Assembly: GCF_001447785.1 (NCBI RefSeq)
Contig: NW_015176014.1
Span: 1 to 64,000 of the forward strand
Length of the DNA stretch: 64,000 nucleotides
Direction of reading: 5' to 3'
DNA from: Gekko japonicus
Lineage: Eukaryota
Each line of letters begins with the position of its first letter. Within the stretch, counting starts at the first letter, position 1. The notes beneath the pieces were generated by a model, which saw nothing but the letters and a program-made list of their open reading frames with translations, did not search any database and was not told the origin of the DNA. Below are positions 12,091 to 24,702 of the stretch, one piece after another. The translations under genes were made by a program, and so were the position numbers.

Positions 12091-15000
12091 CTGCATAGAA
12101 AGAAAGTTATCCATTTGGCCAACAAGGGAATTCATGCATTCAAGTCACTTGGGAGAGATGAGTATGTTTTCAAGGACTCAAACTTGAACCTGAACTAATA
12201 ATTTTTCCCTGATTAGAACAGAACTTTAGCCCTCTCTCTTAAATTAATTTGAACAGATCTTCACAAAAAAATCCCCTCCAACCACACTACCAGTTCAGAC
12301 TAAGGGTTTGACATACACTTACTGGTTCCACCAGAACCAGAATTAATGAGCACATAAAACCAGAATCTGAAAGATCATTTTGGGGTGTTCTCCACACCAG
12401 GTTTCTGTCTACAAGAACTGGTTCTAGGAAGCATAAGGCAGGGACTTGTATAGGCCTGCTTCCTCTTAAAGGCAGAAACTGCAGTGAAGATATCCTGTTG
12501 GAAGGAGGAAATGGGAGAAGAGACCACTGCTGGACTCAGCCAGCCTCTGTAGGAGGGAACTGAAGACTAACCTGTTGCAGACTTGGCTATGCTGCCCTGC
12601 TATAAGACTCCAGGCAATGCAGAGTGCAGCAACCCACAAAGTCTGTTTGCCCAGGTAAATTATCTTTACAGTATTCCTTACATTTAAATTCTCGTGAAAA
12701 TCAGAATTGGGTTGGTTCACATATGCCAGTCCTACCATTGAGCCTTTATAGGACAAAGCAAAACCACGTCACTTGCAGTTGTGTCTCAACTACAACTGAA
12801 CCCCAACATTTCATGGTTTTGTTCTCTGGTAGCCTTGACAATGCCACTATCTTGGTCCTGAAAACAAAGTTGTTTTCAGCCTGGGCTCTGTGGAACAAGG
12901 GTTTCACAAGATTTTGCAGCTTCCTTCTCCACACACTTCTCTCTAAGCACTAATTATAATTTTCACATTTGAATTTTATGCCTGTTAAATTATTTCCAGT
13001 TTTTTCTTTAACTGTGTGGAAATAGGCCAGAGAAAGGAGAGAGGAATGAGTTCTGTATTACAAGTTTTTCAACCAAAAAGAGTTAAAAACCCATGACTAT
13101 GATCACAGTATCGTCCCTTATGAATGTGCTGTTTCTTGGTATTCCTCAAAGACCAAGGTGACATTAAAAAGGTAAAGGTTCCCTTGCTCGAAAGCCAGTC
13201 GAATCTGACTCTAGGGTTGCAGTGCTCATCTCCGTTTCAAAGCCAAAGAGCCAGCGCTGTCCAAAGACATTTCCGTGGTCATGTGGCCGGCATGACTAAA
13301 CACCAAGGCTGTTACCTTCCCACCGAAGTGGTACCTATTTATCTACTTGCAATTTCTTGCTTTCAAACTGCTAGGTTGGCAGGAGCTGGAACTAGAGACG
13401 GGAGCTCACTCCGTCATGCGGCACCCGGGTCTCGAACTGCTGAACTACCGACCTTCCACAGCCTGCAGTTCAGCGTCTTAACCACTTGAGCCACATTACC
13501 TCCCCAGAAATCTGATTTCCTTGGAACAATAGCCTAATATCTTCTATTAAGCATTTGTAGCATTTTCCATACATGTCACACACCTCATTAATTTTTATAA
13601 CACACCCTCCCATAAAATAGATCAGTACTATTTCTATGTCACTGTCTTAAGTCCAAGAAAGGCCTAATGCAACCTTGTCAGTTAATGGTCAAGGTAAGAT
13701 TTCAAATGGGTCCTGGCTGTGTTAAATTAACGTAACAGGCATAACTTTTTTTTTTACCCAATCCCCAACAGTCTGTAGACAACTGCCTGAACTGGCTAGC
13801 TGACAGGACTCAACCCTGAATTCTATGGGGCCAGAGAGACTAACCCTCACTCACCCACGAGAAAATGGAGAAGAAACTGAAGGCAATTGAAGCACGAGCA
13901 GAATCAGCCCCAACTGTTACATCATCAGCTTTTGTTGATGCCCACTGGTTTGTCAGCACACAGAACCCAATGAACCACAAAAAGGTCCAGAGAGCTGGAA
14001 AGAAAGAAAAAATGCTTGGCAACAGATGAGAGAACGACAACATATGAATATTATAAATATTATATAGAAACGGTTGTTAACCTTTGTTCTGGGACTCCAC
14101 TAGTTTGAAAGCAGGGAATTCAACAGAAAGATGTACATCATACAGGCGCCATTCACTCTCACATGCTAAGCCCCAGTTGACGGGCATTCTTCACTCTCAC
14201 ATGCTAAGCCCCAGGTGACGGGCATTCTTCACTCTCACATGCTAAGCCCCAGGTGATGGGCATTCTTCACTCTCACATGCTAAGCTCTTTCTAATTTCCC
14301 TCTCACTGGGGGATCATGGCTGTTGCTTCCCTTTACCACTTCAGAGAGTTGCTTCCACTATGATCTGACTTTTCTAAAAAATTTATTCTGACCAAACTAG
14401 GCTTACTCTCCAATCGGTCACATACTAGTATGCAGATACAAGTTTTCTTTGTGTAGTACTTCACTCAGCCCTAGGCTTCACATGGAGTCCATTATCTGGC
14501 CTGTGCTGGAATTGAAGTCCCTGTTTTGCAGGGTGCACTTAACACTGCCTAGAAGCCTCATTCAAACAGCTGCTGACATTTTCTTCAGGGCATGCAGCAT
14601 GCTTGTTCATGCTGAGGAACACCAGGATCCCAGTCATTGTCTGGCAGCACCCTTGCCAAAGAACTGTAGTATCAGTGTTTTTGTAACGCAATCTTTTTCT
14701 CCTGTAAGGATACTTTCATTCATTAAATTAAAAAAAAAAACCAGGCTCCCACCAGGCCCGTAGCTACCACAGGGCCCACCCCCCCCCAGTGGTTTTTATG
14801 GGCCTCCCTCCCTGAGCCTTGACTCCCCCTCCCCCCACCATTGCCTGTCGGCGGGGAGGACAAGGGCGCACAAGCAGCAGAGGTGGTGAGTCTGGGCTGA
14901 GAGATGCTTGCTGCCTGGCCCACTAGTAGCAGGTAAGCCCAGCCAGGCAAGACAAAGAGGTAAGCGTGCCCACATGCTGCAGCTTTGTAGCCCAGCCACT

Positions 15001-17065
15001 GCACGCCCTGCCTCTCCCGGCCCTGGGAGGAAGCTGAGAGTGGAGGAAGGGACGGAGCCAGACACTCTACTGGGAAGGGCTGCCCTTGCTGGGGAGGAGG
15101 GAATCTCCCCCCAATTTAATTAGCTGGCGGGGGCCTGGCCCCCTCAAAAAAAACCCCTAGCCACGGGGCTGGCTCTCACAGGCACCAGGTCAGATCCAAA
15201 CACATACATCATTCTGACAGCAAGACAAGGGCAGCCACTTGGAGAAGGAGAGCTTGGAAAGAGGAGGCGCAGCAGCACAAATGCACAGCCTTTTAATGTG
15301 TTGCTTCAGTTCATTCCTTTGAGCATCAAATACCTGAGAAGCCCAAGTCAGCCATAACGAGGTACTTGCGATCAGTGGCACTGCTAATCTGTGGGAAGTA
15401 GGCATCAACCATGAAGAAGAATACACAGGCCAGGAAGGCAAGCACACCAATTCCAATGCCATAACGACAGGCATCCTCGCTGTGGTTAAAGACGCAATAG
15501 AGCTGTGGCGAACTAGTATTGTTGGTGTAGCCTTCCCCAATGATGCAGGAGAAAACTATGAGTGCAAACACCTGCAAAGAAGAATACAAAGCTAGCACCT
15601 TCCACTGTGAAAGGAGGAAATTCAAGAGGGGCACAACCCAACCAGGATGGAGTATGAAGCCATTATCAATTCCCACCAAACGCCCAAGTTCCAAGCACCT
15701 AGGTAAATATTACTTTTGCAAGATTCTCATGTGTCTGCCCAAACTGGAGTTCTGCAGTAGTATGGAGACATAGGAAGCAAAAGCGACTGAAGGTGTCTCC
15801 CCAACAAAACTCAGAAGGCTACATAATACTTAAAGCACCATCTGAGGATTCCCTTAAACAAATTTCCCTTTGAGGGGGGGGGGGGAATCCCTCAAGATTT
15901 ATGTTAAGGCTTCCCGAACACAAAGCAGGCCCCAAATGAACCACTGTTGTCCTATCTATCAGTCAACAGCTAGGCATACTTCCTGTACTGAAAAAAAGGA
16001 TTGCTGAGGCAGATCAAATATAAGCACGACAAAAAGCAGAAGTGCCAGCACAGCAGATGCAAAAAGCACCTTGGAGAAACAGGAACTCCAGGGTTTGGAG
16101 CTTGACACAACTTAGCTGCTGCCCTATTCCTCATCGTCTACGGAAGCACTGATGGATCCCCCCAAGACTAATAACTGTAAGCGCCTAGCAGCAGGGCAGA
16201 CGCCCTCGTAATATGAAACCTAAACCAGACTCACATGCCAGTCACCAGCTAGTAAATAGGCGCTGAAAGGAGTCGCCCCCGCCTCCTTCACCCCTTGCCC
16301 ATCAGCTGACACCCACATGACCAGGTTGCGCCTCAGCCCTCACCTAAAGCTATGGCCTTTATTAGGTTTTTAATCCACCACCACCCCCCAACGCGACGAC
16401 ACTTTCACATTCAGGGCGCCATACGAACCAAGCCTAGCTCTGGAAAGGCGCGTAAGGGCACCTCCGTCTCCACATCTGAGCCCTCAGCGAGGCTAGCCGG
16501 TGGGGGCGCCAAGGGAGGCTCCGGCCAGCGCTAACTGAAGCGCTCGGCCGCAGGTACTTTTCAAACTACCTAAACTCCTCCTAGCAGCGGCTCGGGAGAG
16601 GCCTCGATCAAGTCCAGCGCCTCCCAGGGCTGAAAGTTTCCTCTAGCCCAGCGTCCAGCGTCCAGCAGATGGCCTCAAACAGCGGCGCATGACACTGAAG
16701 CGCTTCAGCTCGGATACGCCACCCCATGTAAGGGTGGCGGCACAGGTGCCGGATTCTATAACGAGCCCTCCCCTCCAACGTAATGGTCCCTCGTCGTCTG
16801 TTCCTGGCACACCTGAACCAGCCTAGCCAACTTTTTCCCCCTCTCTTCCGCGCCAAGCAAAAGGGAAGGCGCACCAACTCCACTCGGGAAAGGGGGAAGC
16901 AGAGTGAGACGGCCTCTGTCGCCCCAACCGACCGACCCACCTACCTAACCCTCCACTCACCGCGCTCAGAATGCGCACCACCACCTGTGGCTGCTGCAGA
17001 AAGCGCCACAAGTCAAAGGTGCCGCCAGCCTTACTGGCTCCGTAGGCACCCCCACCACTCTCCAT
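11893..17065 (-). CDS. SYNGR2: Synaptogyrin-2, spliced CDS (4 exons, 681 nt, 226 aa)
   Basis: Exons 17065-16961, 15571-15334, 13994-13855 and 12090-11893. MARVEL-domain protein MESGGGAYGASKAGG...EGYQPPPVY, tail-to-tail with TK1 as in mammals. Confidence 0.97.
13168..13495 (-). mobile_element. Sauria SINE
   Basis: tRNA-like head, GAGCTCCCGT/CCTAGCAG body motifs, (ACCTTT)n tail. Confidence 0.85.
13855..13994 (-). CDS. SYNGR2: SYNGR2 exon 3
   Basis: LWTFLWFIGFCVLTNQW...ARASIAFSFFSIFSW, 140 nt. Confidence 0.97.
14152..14285. repeat. 38-bp minisatellite, ~3.5 copies
   Basis: Unit TTCACTCTCACATGCTAAGCCCCAGGTGACGGGCATTC starting at 14152, 14190, 14228 and 14266. Confidence 0.95.
14753..15171. mobile_element. 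Non-autonomous DNA transposon (hAT-like)
   Basis: TIR CAGGCCCGTAGCTA / TAGCCACGGGGCTG, 8-bp TSD GCTC(C/T)CAC. Confidence 0.7.
15334..15571 (-). CDS. SYNGR2: SYNGR2 exon 2
   Basis: VFALIVFSCIIGEGY...DRKYLVMADLGFS, 238 nt. Confidence 0.97.
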
Positions 17066-17340
17066 GATTCTGATGCTTCTTTCCAACACCCGCCCGGCCC
17101 GGAACTCGCTGTAGCCGCCTCGCCCAAATTTGTGCCTGCGCGTCCGCAAGCTCCGCCTCCAGGGAGGAGACCTAACCCGAGAGCAAGCGACGGGTGGCTG
17201 CGACGTTGCGTGCTCTCCCGACCGAGTCGAGGTCCCTGGGCAGTGCAGGTGCTGAGTGGTTTGGTTTGCGCCCCGTCCTCCTTCCCATCAAGAACAGGCA
17301 AAACTGAGGCAGGCGTCCGGTCCGTTAACGGTTAGGCTTC
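16400..17340. promoter_or_regulatory. SYNGR2 CpG island / promoter
   Basis: High CpG density spanning exon 1 and its upstream region. Confidence 0.7.
16961..17065 (-). CDS. SYNGR2: SYNGR2 coding exon 1
   Basis: MESGGGAYGASKAGGTFDLWRFLQQPQVVVRILSA, donor GTGAGT. Confidence 0.95.
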
Positions 17341-17879
17341 TCTTCGAAGACCCCACTGATGAATATTGGTGCTGTCCTAAGCAAAGTTACAACCCTTCTA
17401 TAACCCACTCAGCTCAGATGTGCCCGTTTAGAATTGTACTGTAATGGCTGTGGCTCCCCCCCCCCCCTTGGGGCTTTTCCTTCCTCTTGAGGTAAGAGCA
17501 ACATAGTCTAGGTGCTTTCCGGGGGAAACTGAAGACTTTGGTTTAATCTGCATTTGCATTTTTAAATTAGTTTCATGCTGTTGTGACGCCATCTTTCTCT
17601 ATGCTTGTTTGAATGTTGTTTGGAGAAGATTCTTTTAAAGCAGTGCAGAGGTGCAATGACAGTGGAGCCACCCCAAAAGGACCATAAACATATGTAGACA
17701 TGCAAAAGTATGCTAGCATTCTTGAGGTGTGAAAACGACACCAAATGTAGACAGCTTTTTTGAAGATGGAGTCAAAAGGTTGGGACACCAGTGGGAAGAC
17801 AAATGCAGATTCAGTCTTCCTTATTTTGGAAGGCTTTGAAAATTTATGTTTGGTTGCCTTTCTGGTGTAGACTCTAGAT

Positions 17880-18273
17880 CAGGGGTGTTGAACTCATTTG
17901 TTATGAGGGCCGGATCTGACATAAACGAGACCTTGTTGGGCCGGGCGATGTGTGTCATAAAATGTAATGCCAGGTAGCGCAGATATAAACTTTATAAATC
18001 ACACAAACACAAAGGTTAAAACGTTAGCTCTGGAAGCTGCAAACCTGCTTTTGATTTATTAACATTCACCACAGAAATCTCATGCTCAGAGTACTGAATC
18101 TAGGACCCAGGTTAGAACATGAAATGGCTGAGTGATTAAGAGAGTCTGGCGAAGCAAGCTATGATGCAGCAGCAGCAGAACTGGAAGCAGGAGATGGCCA
18201 GTTCCACTGTGAACCTGATAGAAGCCCTATGGGGGCCTGATCTGGCCCCTGGGCCGCATGTTTGACACCCCTG
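17880..18273. mobile_element. hAT-Charlie-like MITE
   Basis: TIR CAGGGGTGT / ACACCCCTG, perfect 8-bp TSD CTCTAGAT. Confidence 0.85.
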
Positions 18274-18525
18274 CTCTAGATCTCAATCATTCCTGTTTCA
18301 CAAACTTTAAGAGCTATTATTTTAGCTTCCTTTTGTTATTTTTACCATTACTTATTGTCTGGCTTTTTTAGAAGGCAGGACATTTTTTAGAAGTCGGACT
18401 CGACTGTGCGACTGAACAACAAAAAGGACACTTAAAATAGTAAAGAAACCTCTTCTTTACACGGATAATTACAAGGCACTCCAAAAACTTTAGGAATATG
18501 ATGTGTGTGAGAGTTCGTAAAGTTA

Positions 18526-18684
18526 GTAAAGGTAAAGGTTCCCTTGCTCGAAAGCCAGTCGAGTCCGACTCTAGAGTTGCAGTGCTCATCTCCGTTTCAA
18601 AGCCGAAGAGCCAGCGCTGTCCGAAGACGTTTCCGTGGTCATGTGGCCGGCATAACTAAACACCAAGGCACACAGAATGCTGTT
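18526..18684 (-). mobile_element. Sauria SINE, 3' half
   Basis: Near-identical to 13168-13310. Confidence 0.8.
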
Positions 18685-18888
18685 CTGTGAGTGGATCAAA
18701 CAAACCGATAGGCCAATTCTGGGCATGTTTATTCAGATGTAATTCCCAGTGAATTAAGTGCCACTGAATTTAGAGGAACTTATTTTAAGCAACCATATAT
18801 AGAGTCATGAGCCACAAATGTGTTCAGGAACATGATCCAGGAGCATTCATAGTGTCACAGCATAATAAGCTCTGTAAAGCAATGTAAA

Positions 18889-19225
18889 GCTCAAGTGATT
18901 AAGATGCTGAACTGCAGACCAGAAGGTCGGTAGTTCAGCAGTTTGAGACCCGAGTGCTGCATGACGGAGTGAGCTCCCGTCTCTGGCCCCAGTTCCTGCC
19001 AACCTAGCAGTTCGAAAGCAAGAAATTGCAAGTAGATAAATAGGTACCACTTCAGTGGGAAAGTAACAGTGTTACATGCGCCTCAGCGTCTAGTCGTGCC
19101 GGCCACATGACCACGGAAATCTCTTTGGACAGCACTGGCTCTTTAGCTTGGAAATGGAGATGAGTACCGCATCCCTAGAGTCAGATTCGACTGGCTTTCA
19201 AGCAAGGGAAACCTTTACCTTTACC
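18889..19225 (+). mobile_element. Sauria SINE
   Basis: Head plus body plus ACCTTTACCTTTACC tail. Confidence 0.85.
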
Positions 19226-22200
19226 AGGGCCAGCCTGAGGTTTTTTTGCACTCTAGGCGGGGCTACCTTCTGGCGCCCCCCCTGCACATGCCCAAGTATG
19301 CGGTTGCCAACCTCCAGGCAGGGCCTGGAGACAAAAAAGTCCCCCCCCCCTCCACCAAATGGCAAGCCAGGGACTCAAGGGGGAAGCTGTTCTGTTCCCT
19401 TCTCTCCCCCCCCCCAGCAAATTATAAACACCCCCCTCTCTCCGTGCCATGGAGTAACTTGAGGGTGAAGGAGTGGGACTGATATACACTGGTGATGAAG
19501 GAGGTGTACATATAACAGAATCTGTGGGTTTCCAAGGAAGGGGGATTAGGCATCGTGAAAGAGGCTGGGGCTCTTACAGTGCAATCCTATGAAGACTTAC
19601 TCCAGTCTAAACCAATTTATTTTAACAAATTTAGCAAACTGGAGTAACTCTGCACAGGATTGCACTGTCATGGTTTTGTCTCAAATTCCCACTGGGTTTC
19701 TCCCCCTCTCCCCTATCCTGTCACTCTGTGACAGCAGCCAAGAGAGAGGTTTCATAATTTTTGGGAGGTTTCACAATTTTTGTGGAATCCCACCTTCCCC
19801 TGGTGGAATTCCTTCATACTCCCACATGACTCCTTCTGAGCCCCTAGAGCTTTCAGGAAGTCCACCCCCCCCCCCCCCAAGCACCCATCTCCCTTTTCCC
19901 ATTCTTCTAGTGTGTTGGGAAGCACCCAGGGAGTTTGTCTTAACATTACAGGCAAAGATATACAATTCTAAAGAAATAAAGATAAACACAAAGAATATAG
20001 CTAACCTAACTCAGACTAAAATTACCTGGCTCTCCCACTTGGGTGAAAAAGAATGGGTGGAGAGAGAATGCTGTCTCTTCATACTGTAAGTCAGTCTCTC
20101 TCTCTCACACACACACACTTTTCAGACTGACGAGCTGCTTTTCAATTCTTTTATTCCTGGTTACCTCCATGGTCAGGTGACCACTCTTCTTAGAGATCCG
20201 AATTTCTGATGGCTACCCAAACTAGTTAGCTAACCACAGTGGCAGTGATCTGTAAAGAGAAACAGCTTGCTCTGTAAAGAGAAACAGCTTGGCAAGCCGG
20301 CCCTTGGACAAGCCAGGGAAGGCATGGGGAGGCATTTAAATGCCTCCTGCCCAAAAATAGCCCTGGGAATAAGTATCCATGGTCAATTTGACACTGTAAT
20401 GTAGATGGCATGATTTTTGTTCAGACTGAGGAAGCTTGACACTCAAGGTCTCCTCCAAAGAACTCAGGGAACTCCTGTTGCCAACCACTGTGAAAGGAAA
20501 AACCTGTCTAGAACATAGATGTAAAAACAGATGTATAAATAGAACCAATTCCATAATCTAATTCATCTGTTATCTCGCTCAGAGATCCTCAATGCTGTTG
20601 AGCTTGTGGACACTTCTGAAGTTTTAAAAACCGTGAATGGGCACCACAACAAAGTGGCTGCCATGCGGGTCGGGGCCAATCTTAAAATATTGTGAAGTTC
20701 CAAGCCCACCTATGATGAAGACAACTGTCTCCAAATGGGGGCTTCCTACAAACACAAAGATGTTGTCTCCTGGGCTTTTCTGAAACACTTACTGTTTCAG
20801 TGAGGTACAGGGTACAGAAGATCGGGAATGGCCCTTTGCTATAAGGAAGGAAGGAAGAAATGGGTCCCAGGAAACAGGGTGGCAGGTACCATGGCACCAC
20901 AGCTTTGTGTCGGAGATCACTGATCTAGATATTACACTATGCTCTAGCTACTGGCTTCTCATGTAGGAACTTTGTATTGCCCAGGACATAACTCTTTTTA
21001 AAACTGCACTGTTGGACTAGGGAAACAGCAGACAGGAAAGGAGCTGAACACCCCTTTCCCAACTGGCCCACCCCACCAGTAGATTCTAAACGAACTGGAA
21101 TTTTACAGAGAGTAGAATTTTTCCTTGTCACCATGATCCAGCCGTGAGGTCACTGCTTCCTAATAGTGATACTGTAAACATCCTAAGGATAGGGCTGCAT
21201 GCAGAGTGTGTGATTGGCAGCTTTCCAGTTCATTAAGTGGACCTAAGCAACACAATATCTACTGATCCCTGGGCATTATTTCCATGTCTAGTTATAGCTT
21301 TTATAGAGCTCCTTATACAGGGTACAACTCAGAGGCAGAAGTGAAGATTCCAAGGTGATTCAGCAAAGGGTCAGACTCTGCTAACAGAAAACTCTGCTAA
21401 CATCAGCAGAGCCTAGAAGGCCTTGTTGAGCTCCATAGGAACAAAACTTATCAAGGTAGGATTTCGGGTGGGGGTGGGGAAACAAGTGAGGAAGGAAAAC
21501 CACAAAGACAGACATCACTGGTCTGATTTACTATGCAAAATCAAAGACAGCAGCTGAAGTTTCATGATCACAGTGGCACTAAAGAGGCTGGCGAGCTTGG
21601 ACGTCTCCTGCCTACTCACTCTTTACAGACAGCCAGAGACATTAAGAGCCACAATGGGACAGCAGCTGGAACTGCCCTGTTTGCGTATCCATGTCTGTGG
21701 GGAGGGACAGAGATTATTTCCTAGTCAAAGGGCTCCTTCTGGTTCAGAAAATTCACAGACAATCATCCCATACATTGTCATCTGATAGGTTTGTACAGAA
21801 ATGGGATCTGGATGGCTAAACGTCCACCTCTACAGGACTTGCATTCAGTCACACTGCACATACTGAATTTTCTTTCTATTACACCAAGCACAGCACTGAG
21901 ATTAAACTGAATCACAAGGGCTGTCGTGACATAGGGCTGAGTTTTACAAGTTTGCATGGGTCCTGGAAGGAAACAAAACAGTTTGATGGCACTAAGGGAG
22001 GGAGGAGTATCACCCCAGAGAGGTGTGCAAGAACGGTTGTTGTGTCAGATTTCGGTGGGCATAGGGTTCTTATGAAATCCTAATTCTAAGCACACTGGTA
22101 GGATACTGGTGTTGAAAATGGAATGGGAAAAATAAGCTTGCACAGGCTTTTATTGTTTTCTTTTCTTTGTATTCAGTATTACTTCATCCTTCTCCCCAGA

Positions 22201-23323
22201 GCTACTCAAATATGTAACCCAATCAAACTCCTGTGCCTGATTTCCAAACACCTGATTGCTTAAGGACTAAGGTGAACTATTATCTCACAGTGCCTTATCT
22301 TCTTGAAGTTAGTCATTCCTAACAGTCTATTGTCTGTGGACCTGCAACATGCTGTAGGTTACAAGGAAAATTCAAACAAAGTGGGGAGCAGTCCAAGAAA
22401 AGTTACTTGCTGATCAATGGAACCAGGTGACAGCTTTCATGTTGCCTATGTAAAATGTAAATTGGCTTGTTACAGAGAAGGTGCTCAAGGTCAGGACCGC
22501 CCAGTCTATGACTTGGGCCCATTCCCCAAATGCAGGAATATATATACATGCATGCACTCACTCCTCTACACCCACCCACAATAAGCACAGAGCCCCAGGT
22601 CAGCCATATACATATTATATATGAATATATTTAGTACAACCCATTCCCTCTGATATTTGACACACAAAATACATTCAACGTGATTTCTTTTAAATGACCA
22701 AGACATTCATGATACAGATAGTGAACCAACTGCTTCCTTGAGGACTGATGGCACGCTCCACCTCAGTAGGTTTTAAATATAGAAAATACTTTTTTTTCTT
22801 ATGTCAGTATCATAAGCATGAATATCTTTATTAACATGCACATTGCTCCCAAAATAGCACCATTTTTAGTATACAGAAGCAGGCTTGCTACTTGTTCCAG
22901 CGTGACACTGGCCCAAGGGACGTTATTAGGTACATAATTCAGTACACAGGCAACGTGTACACACAGTAAGAAAAATAGACATTATACCTATAAAAAGATA
23001 CAGATCAAGGGTATGATAGATGCAGGAGCCAGTTTGCCCACATCACAATGAAGCCTTTCTCTGTATAAAAATTCAACCATGGAAAGGGGATTCTCTGGCT
23101 TCTTACTGCAAGTAAATTCTGGCCATTCTGTGCTCTTTGCCCTCTTCAGAAGCAAATCCAAAAAGCTGTGAAACCTAGCATCACAAAGATCCAAAAGCAA
23201 ATTCCATTAGGAAAGACATTATCAAAAATTGCCAAAATATATAAACTCTATTTCACAATTATAACGATGGTGGTGTCACAACATCAAAATAAGTGCATAC
23301 TATAACTATAAGCAAAGAATACA

Positions 23324-24380
23324 ATTAGTTGCTGTAGATTTTCCGGGTTGTGTGGCGGTGGTCTTAGTATTGTAGAACTTGACGTTTCACCAGTAGCTGT
23401 GACTGGCATCCTCAGAGGTATAACACAGAAGGATGGGGTACTATCTGCATCAAGGTGAGAAGAAAAATGGTAGGCAGGTAATTTATATCTACTCCAGAAG
23501 GTGGGGTAGGGCTGAGTCATTATCTTGTAGGAGTTCCCCAGGCTATGAACGTGCTAATGGAGGAGCTTTCCTGAGGAGATTCTTTTGTATATGGATTGTT
23601 TCTTCAGGAGGTTTCCTGTTTCCTGAGGAGGTTCTTTTGTATGTGGATTGGCTGTCGAAATTCTAATCTTATCTGTAGTACTATTGTCAGATGTAGAGCC
23701 TTTTGTGTTTTTCAGGACAGGAAACCATGCCCTATTTATTTTTAAGTATACTGCATACCATGCAGTTGTGGACAAGTTTACATTGGGACCACACAGCGTA
23801 GCATTCAGACAAAAATAAAAGAACATGAAAGACACTGCAGACTTGGCCAATCAGAAAAATCAGCAGTGGCTGAACATAGTGTGTCCTGTTTGAGTTAGGC
23901 TATTTTGTTCCAAGACACTGAAAGGCTGGACAAGCTACCATGTCAGATCACACAGGGAAGCCACTGAAATTCATAAACATAAACACAATTTCAACAGGAA
24001 AGAAGAGAGTTTAAAAATAAATAGGGCATGGTTTCCTATCCTGAAAAACACAAAAGGCTCTACGTCTGACAATAGCACTACAGATAAGATTACAATTTCG
24101 ACAGCCAATCCACATACAAAAGAACCTCCTCAGGAAACAGGAAACCTCCTGAAGAAACAATCCATATACAAAAGAATCTCCTCAGGAAAGCTCCTCCATT
24201 AGCACGTTCATAGCCTGGGGAACTCCTACAAGATAATTCCCACACTTTCTGGAGTAGATCTAAATTACCTGCCAGTCATAGTTACTGGCGAAACGTCAGG
24301 TTCTACAATGCCAAGACCACGGCCACACAACCTGGAAAATCTACAGCATCTAATGAACTTGTGAAAGCTTTCGACAACAC
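23324..24380 (+). mobile_element. 5'-truncated Penelope-like element with inverted upstream pseudo-LTR
   Basis: From 23746 reads VYCIPCSCGQVYIGTTQRSIQTKIKEHERHCRLGQSEKSAVAEH (GIY-YIG endonuclease), then HREATEIHKHKHNFNRKEESLKINRAWFPILK. The 3' end is duplicated in inverted orientation at 23324-23745. Confidence 0.9.
23377..23419 (-). ncRNA. Minimal type I hammerhead ribozyme motif (Penelope-associated)
   Basis: Minus strand reads ACCT-CTGAGGA-T-GCCAGT cacagct ACTGGT-GAAAC-GTC-AAGT: intact core boxes, 6-bp stem II, GUC cleavage triplet, stem I with one mismatch. Confidence 0.65.
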
Positions 24381-24381
24381 G

Positions 24382-24702
24382 TAGAATACAATGTCTCCTC
24401 CTTCAAAGATAAATATTACTCCATGTAGTCCATTCAACTTAGTAGGAGGAATCCTTGTTTTCAAAACGATTGACTCTTCACACTATGAACTTTGTTGTCA
24501 GGAGAAACTGTTGAAATCGGGTTCCAACTACGCTGCCAGCAAACTGAAGAAGTTGATGGAAACGTCTTCTTTAAGTATCTGGAACAGGCGTTTTTGTGAA
24601 GGCTATTTTTGAAAATGTTTTGAAAACGTGGATTCCTCCTGTTAAGTTGAACAGACTACATGGACTAATATTTATCTTCGAAGGAGGAAACATTGTATTC
24701 TA
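24382..24702. repeat. Nested ~85-bp-arm inverted repeat (MITE-like)
   Basis: TAGAATACAATG...GGAATCC (24382-24454) pairs imperfectly with GGATTCC...CATTGTATTCTA (24630-24702). Confidence 0.8.

Noticed and set aside
14152-14285. Regular 38-bp repeats resembling a CRISPR array
   Set aside because: Head-to-tail units with no unique spacers in a vertebrate intron: a minisatellite
19589-22600. Unannotated gene between SYNGR2 and TMC8
   Set aside because: Only short low-complexity ORFs; I found no consistent exon chain or recognisable protein motif
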